NCBI GenBank assembly: GCA_963737655.1
Contig: CAVTTN010000002.1
Location: forward strand, 192,001-256,000
Reading direction: 5' to 3'
Origin: an uncultured Planctomycetota bacterium
GTDB taxonomy: Bacteria > Planctomycetota > Planctomycetia > Isosphaerales > Isosphaeraceae
DNA length: 64,000 bases
The notes beneath the pieces were generated by a model. It did not search any database. It was not told the origin of the DNA and saw only the letters and a program-made list of their open reading frames with translations. A program made the position numbers and the translations under genes. Shown piece after piece: positions 62,701 through 64,000 of the stretch (positions within the stretch are counted from its first letter, which is position 1; every line of letters begins with the position of its first letter).

Positions 62701-62735
62701 AAGCGGAGGCCCCTCATGGCCACGGAAACTCGTGA
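59723..62735 (+). CDS. actB: Alternative complex III subunit B (Tat-variant molybdopterin-oxidoreductase-like plus Fe-S domain); apparent +1 frameshift near 61571
   Basis: YWRGLEE, SRRNFLRLMGAS, GRPTRIEGN..HP, LYDPDR, DGRFANNGWLQELP, CIGCNACVVAC, CMHCENAPCELVCP, CVGTRYCSNNCPY. Confidence 0.92.
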
Positions 62736-64000
62736 GGGCGCGGCCGGGGCGGATGAGCACGTCCTCCTCCCCGGCCACACGATCGGCTCGGTCTCCGAGA
62801 AGATCAGCACCCTCGTCCTGGACCGGCCCTACAACTGGCGGTGGATCACCGGCTTCTCGATCGGCTTCGCGCTGACGATGCTGCTGATGGTGGCCGTCTC
62901 CTACCTCCTCCTGATGGGGGTGGGGATCTGGGGCCTGGACCGGCCGGTCATGTGGGGCTTCGCGATCACCAATTTCGTCTGGTGGATCGGGATCGGCCAC
63001 GCCGGGACGCTGATCTCGGCCATCCTCCTGCTGCTCAAGCAGGAGTGGCGGACGTCGATCAACCGATTCGCCGAGGCGATGACGCTGTTCGCCGTCGCCT
63101 GCGCCGGGCTGTTCCCGCTGATCCACATGGGCCGCCCCTGGCTGTTCTACTGGCTGGCACCCTACCCGAACACGATGGGGACGTGGCCCCAGTGGCGCAG
63201 CCCCCTGGTGTGGGACGTCTTCGCCGTCTCCACGTATGCGACGGTCTCCCTCCTGTTCTGGTACGTCGGCCTGATCCCCGACCTCGCCACCCTTCGCGAC
63301 CGGGCGAGGAAGCCGATCACCAAGATCATCTACGGGTTCCTCGCGATGGGCTGGCGAGGGTCGGCGAAGCACTGGCACCGCTACCGGACGGCGTACATGA
63401 TCCTCGCCGCCCTGGCCACACCCCTGGTGGTGTCGGTCCATACCGTGGTGAGCTGGGACTTCGCCGTGGGCGTCGTCCCGGGCTGGCACGCGACGATCTT
63501 CCCGCCCTACTTCGTCGCCGGGGCCATCTTCTCCGGGTTCGCGATGGTCTTGACGCTCTCGATCCCCCTGCGAAAAGCGTACGGGCTCCAGGACTTCATC
63601 ACCATCAAGCACCTGGACAACATGGGCAAGGTCATGCTGGCCACCGGGCTGGTGGTCGCCTACGGCTACTTCATGGAACACTTCATGGCGTGGTACTCGG
63701 GGAACTTCTACGAGGCGTCGCAGATCCTCCAGCAACGGCCCTTCGGCGACTACTCGCCGCTGTGGTGGCTGCAGATGACCTGCAACGTGGGCGTCCCCCA
63801 GTTCCTCTGGTTCCCGGCGATCCGCAAGAACCCGATCGTCCTGTTCGTCATCTCGCTCCTGGTGAACGTGGGGATGTGGCTGGAACGGTTCATGATCGTC
63901 GTCTCCAGCCTCCACAAGGACTTCGTCCCGGCCGCCGGGCGGATGTACTACCCCACGTTCTGGGACTGGGCGACGTTCCTCGGGACCATCGGCCTGTTCG
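62716..64000 (+). CDS. actC: Alternative complex III subunit C (NrfD/PsrC family), runs off the window end
   Basis: Not in the ORF track. ATG 62716; WGFAITNFVWWIGIGHAGTLISAIL..WRTSINRFAEAMT..HMGRPW, SPLVWDVFAVSTY, PYFVAGAIFSGFAMV. Confidence 0.93.
   Translation, partial: MATETREGAAGADEHVLLPGHTIGSVSEKISTLVLDRPYNWRWITGFSIGFALTMLLMVAVSYLLLMGVGIWGLDRPVMWGFAITNFVWWIGIGHAGTLISAILLLLKQEWRTSINRFAEAMTLFAVACAGLFPLIHMGRPWLFYWLAPYPNTMGTWPQWRSPLVWDVFAVSTYATVSLLFWYVGLIPDLATLRDRARKPITKIIYGFLAMGWRGSAKHWHRYRTAYMILAALATPLVVSVHTVVSWDFAVGVVPGWHATIFPPYFVAGAIFSGFAMVLTLSIPLRKAYGLQDFITIKHLDNMGKVMLATGLVVAYGYFMEHFMAWYSGNFYEASQILQQRPFGDYSPLWWLQMTCNVGVPQFLWFPAIRKNPIVLFVISLLVNVGMWLERFMIVVSSLHKDFVPAAGRMYYPTFWDWATFLGTIGLF

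Overview
GC-rich bacterial DNA, almost certainly from a planctomycete (probably Isosphaerales; inference). The evidence is a DUF1549/DUF1553 + DUF1501 module, three LEPRxLL-type 'Planctomycete extracellular' proteins, an ECF sigma factor and a HEAT-repeat protein. About 45 protein genes are supportable. Housekeeping genes include rpsT, type III glnA, rny-ymdB, wecB, pyrK, msrB and a plsC-like gene. The window also holds a TetR-controlled ABC exporter, a VapBC pair inserted between rny and ymdB, a pyruvate oxidase/enolase-superfamily/FAD-FeS oxidoreductase/PPC operon, and the start of an alternative complex III operon (actABC). I saw no rRNA, tRNA, CRISPR array or transposase. The best leads are: (1) a hydrogen cyanide synthase-like hcnB-hcnC pair with no adjacent hcnA, followed by pyrK; (2) an envelope locus in which two exported proteins share an unnamed domain and are transcribed divergently from a soluble LolA-like protein and a lipid-anchored LolA-fold protein; (3) three sigma54-like promoters in the poxB/ACIII divergent region, plus one upstream of glnA; (4) several palindromic REP-like repeat families, including a 152 bp MITE-like element; (5) an AT-rich non-coding island with direct repeats. 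About 15 frameshifts fall into two patterns, and both look like assembly artefacts. All family calls come from motif recognition by eye; no searches were run.
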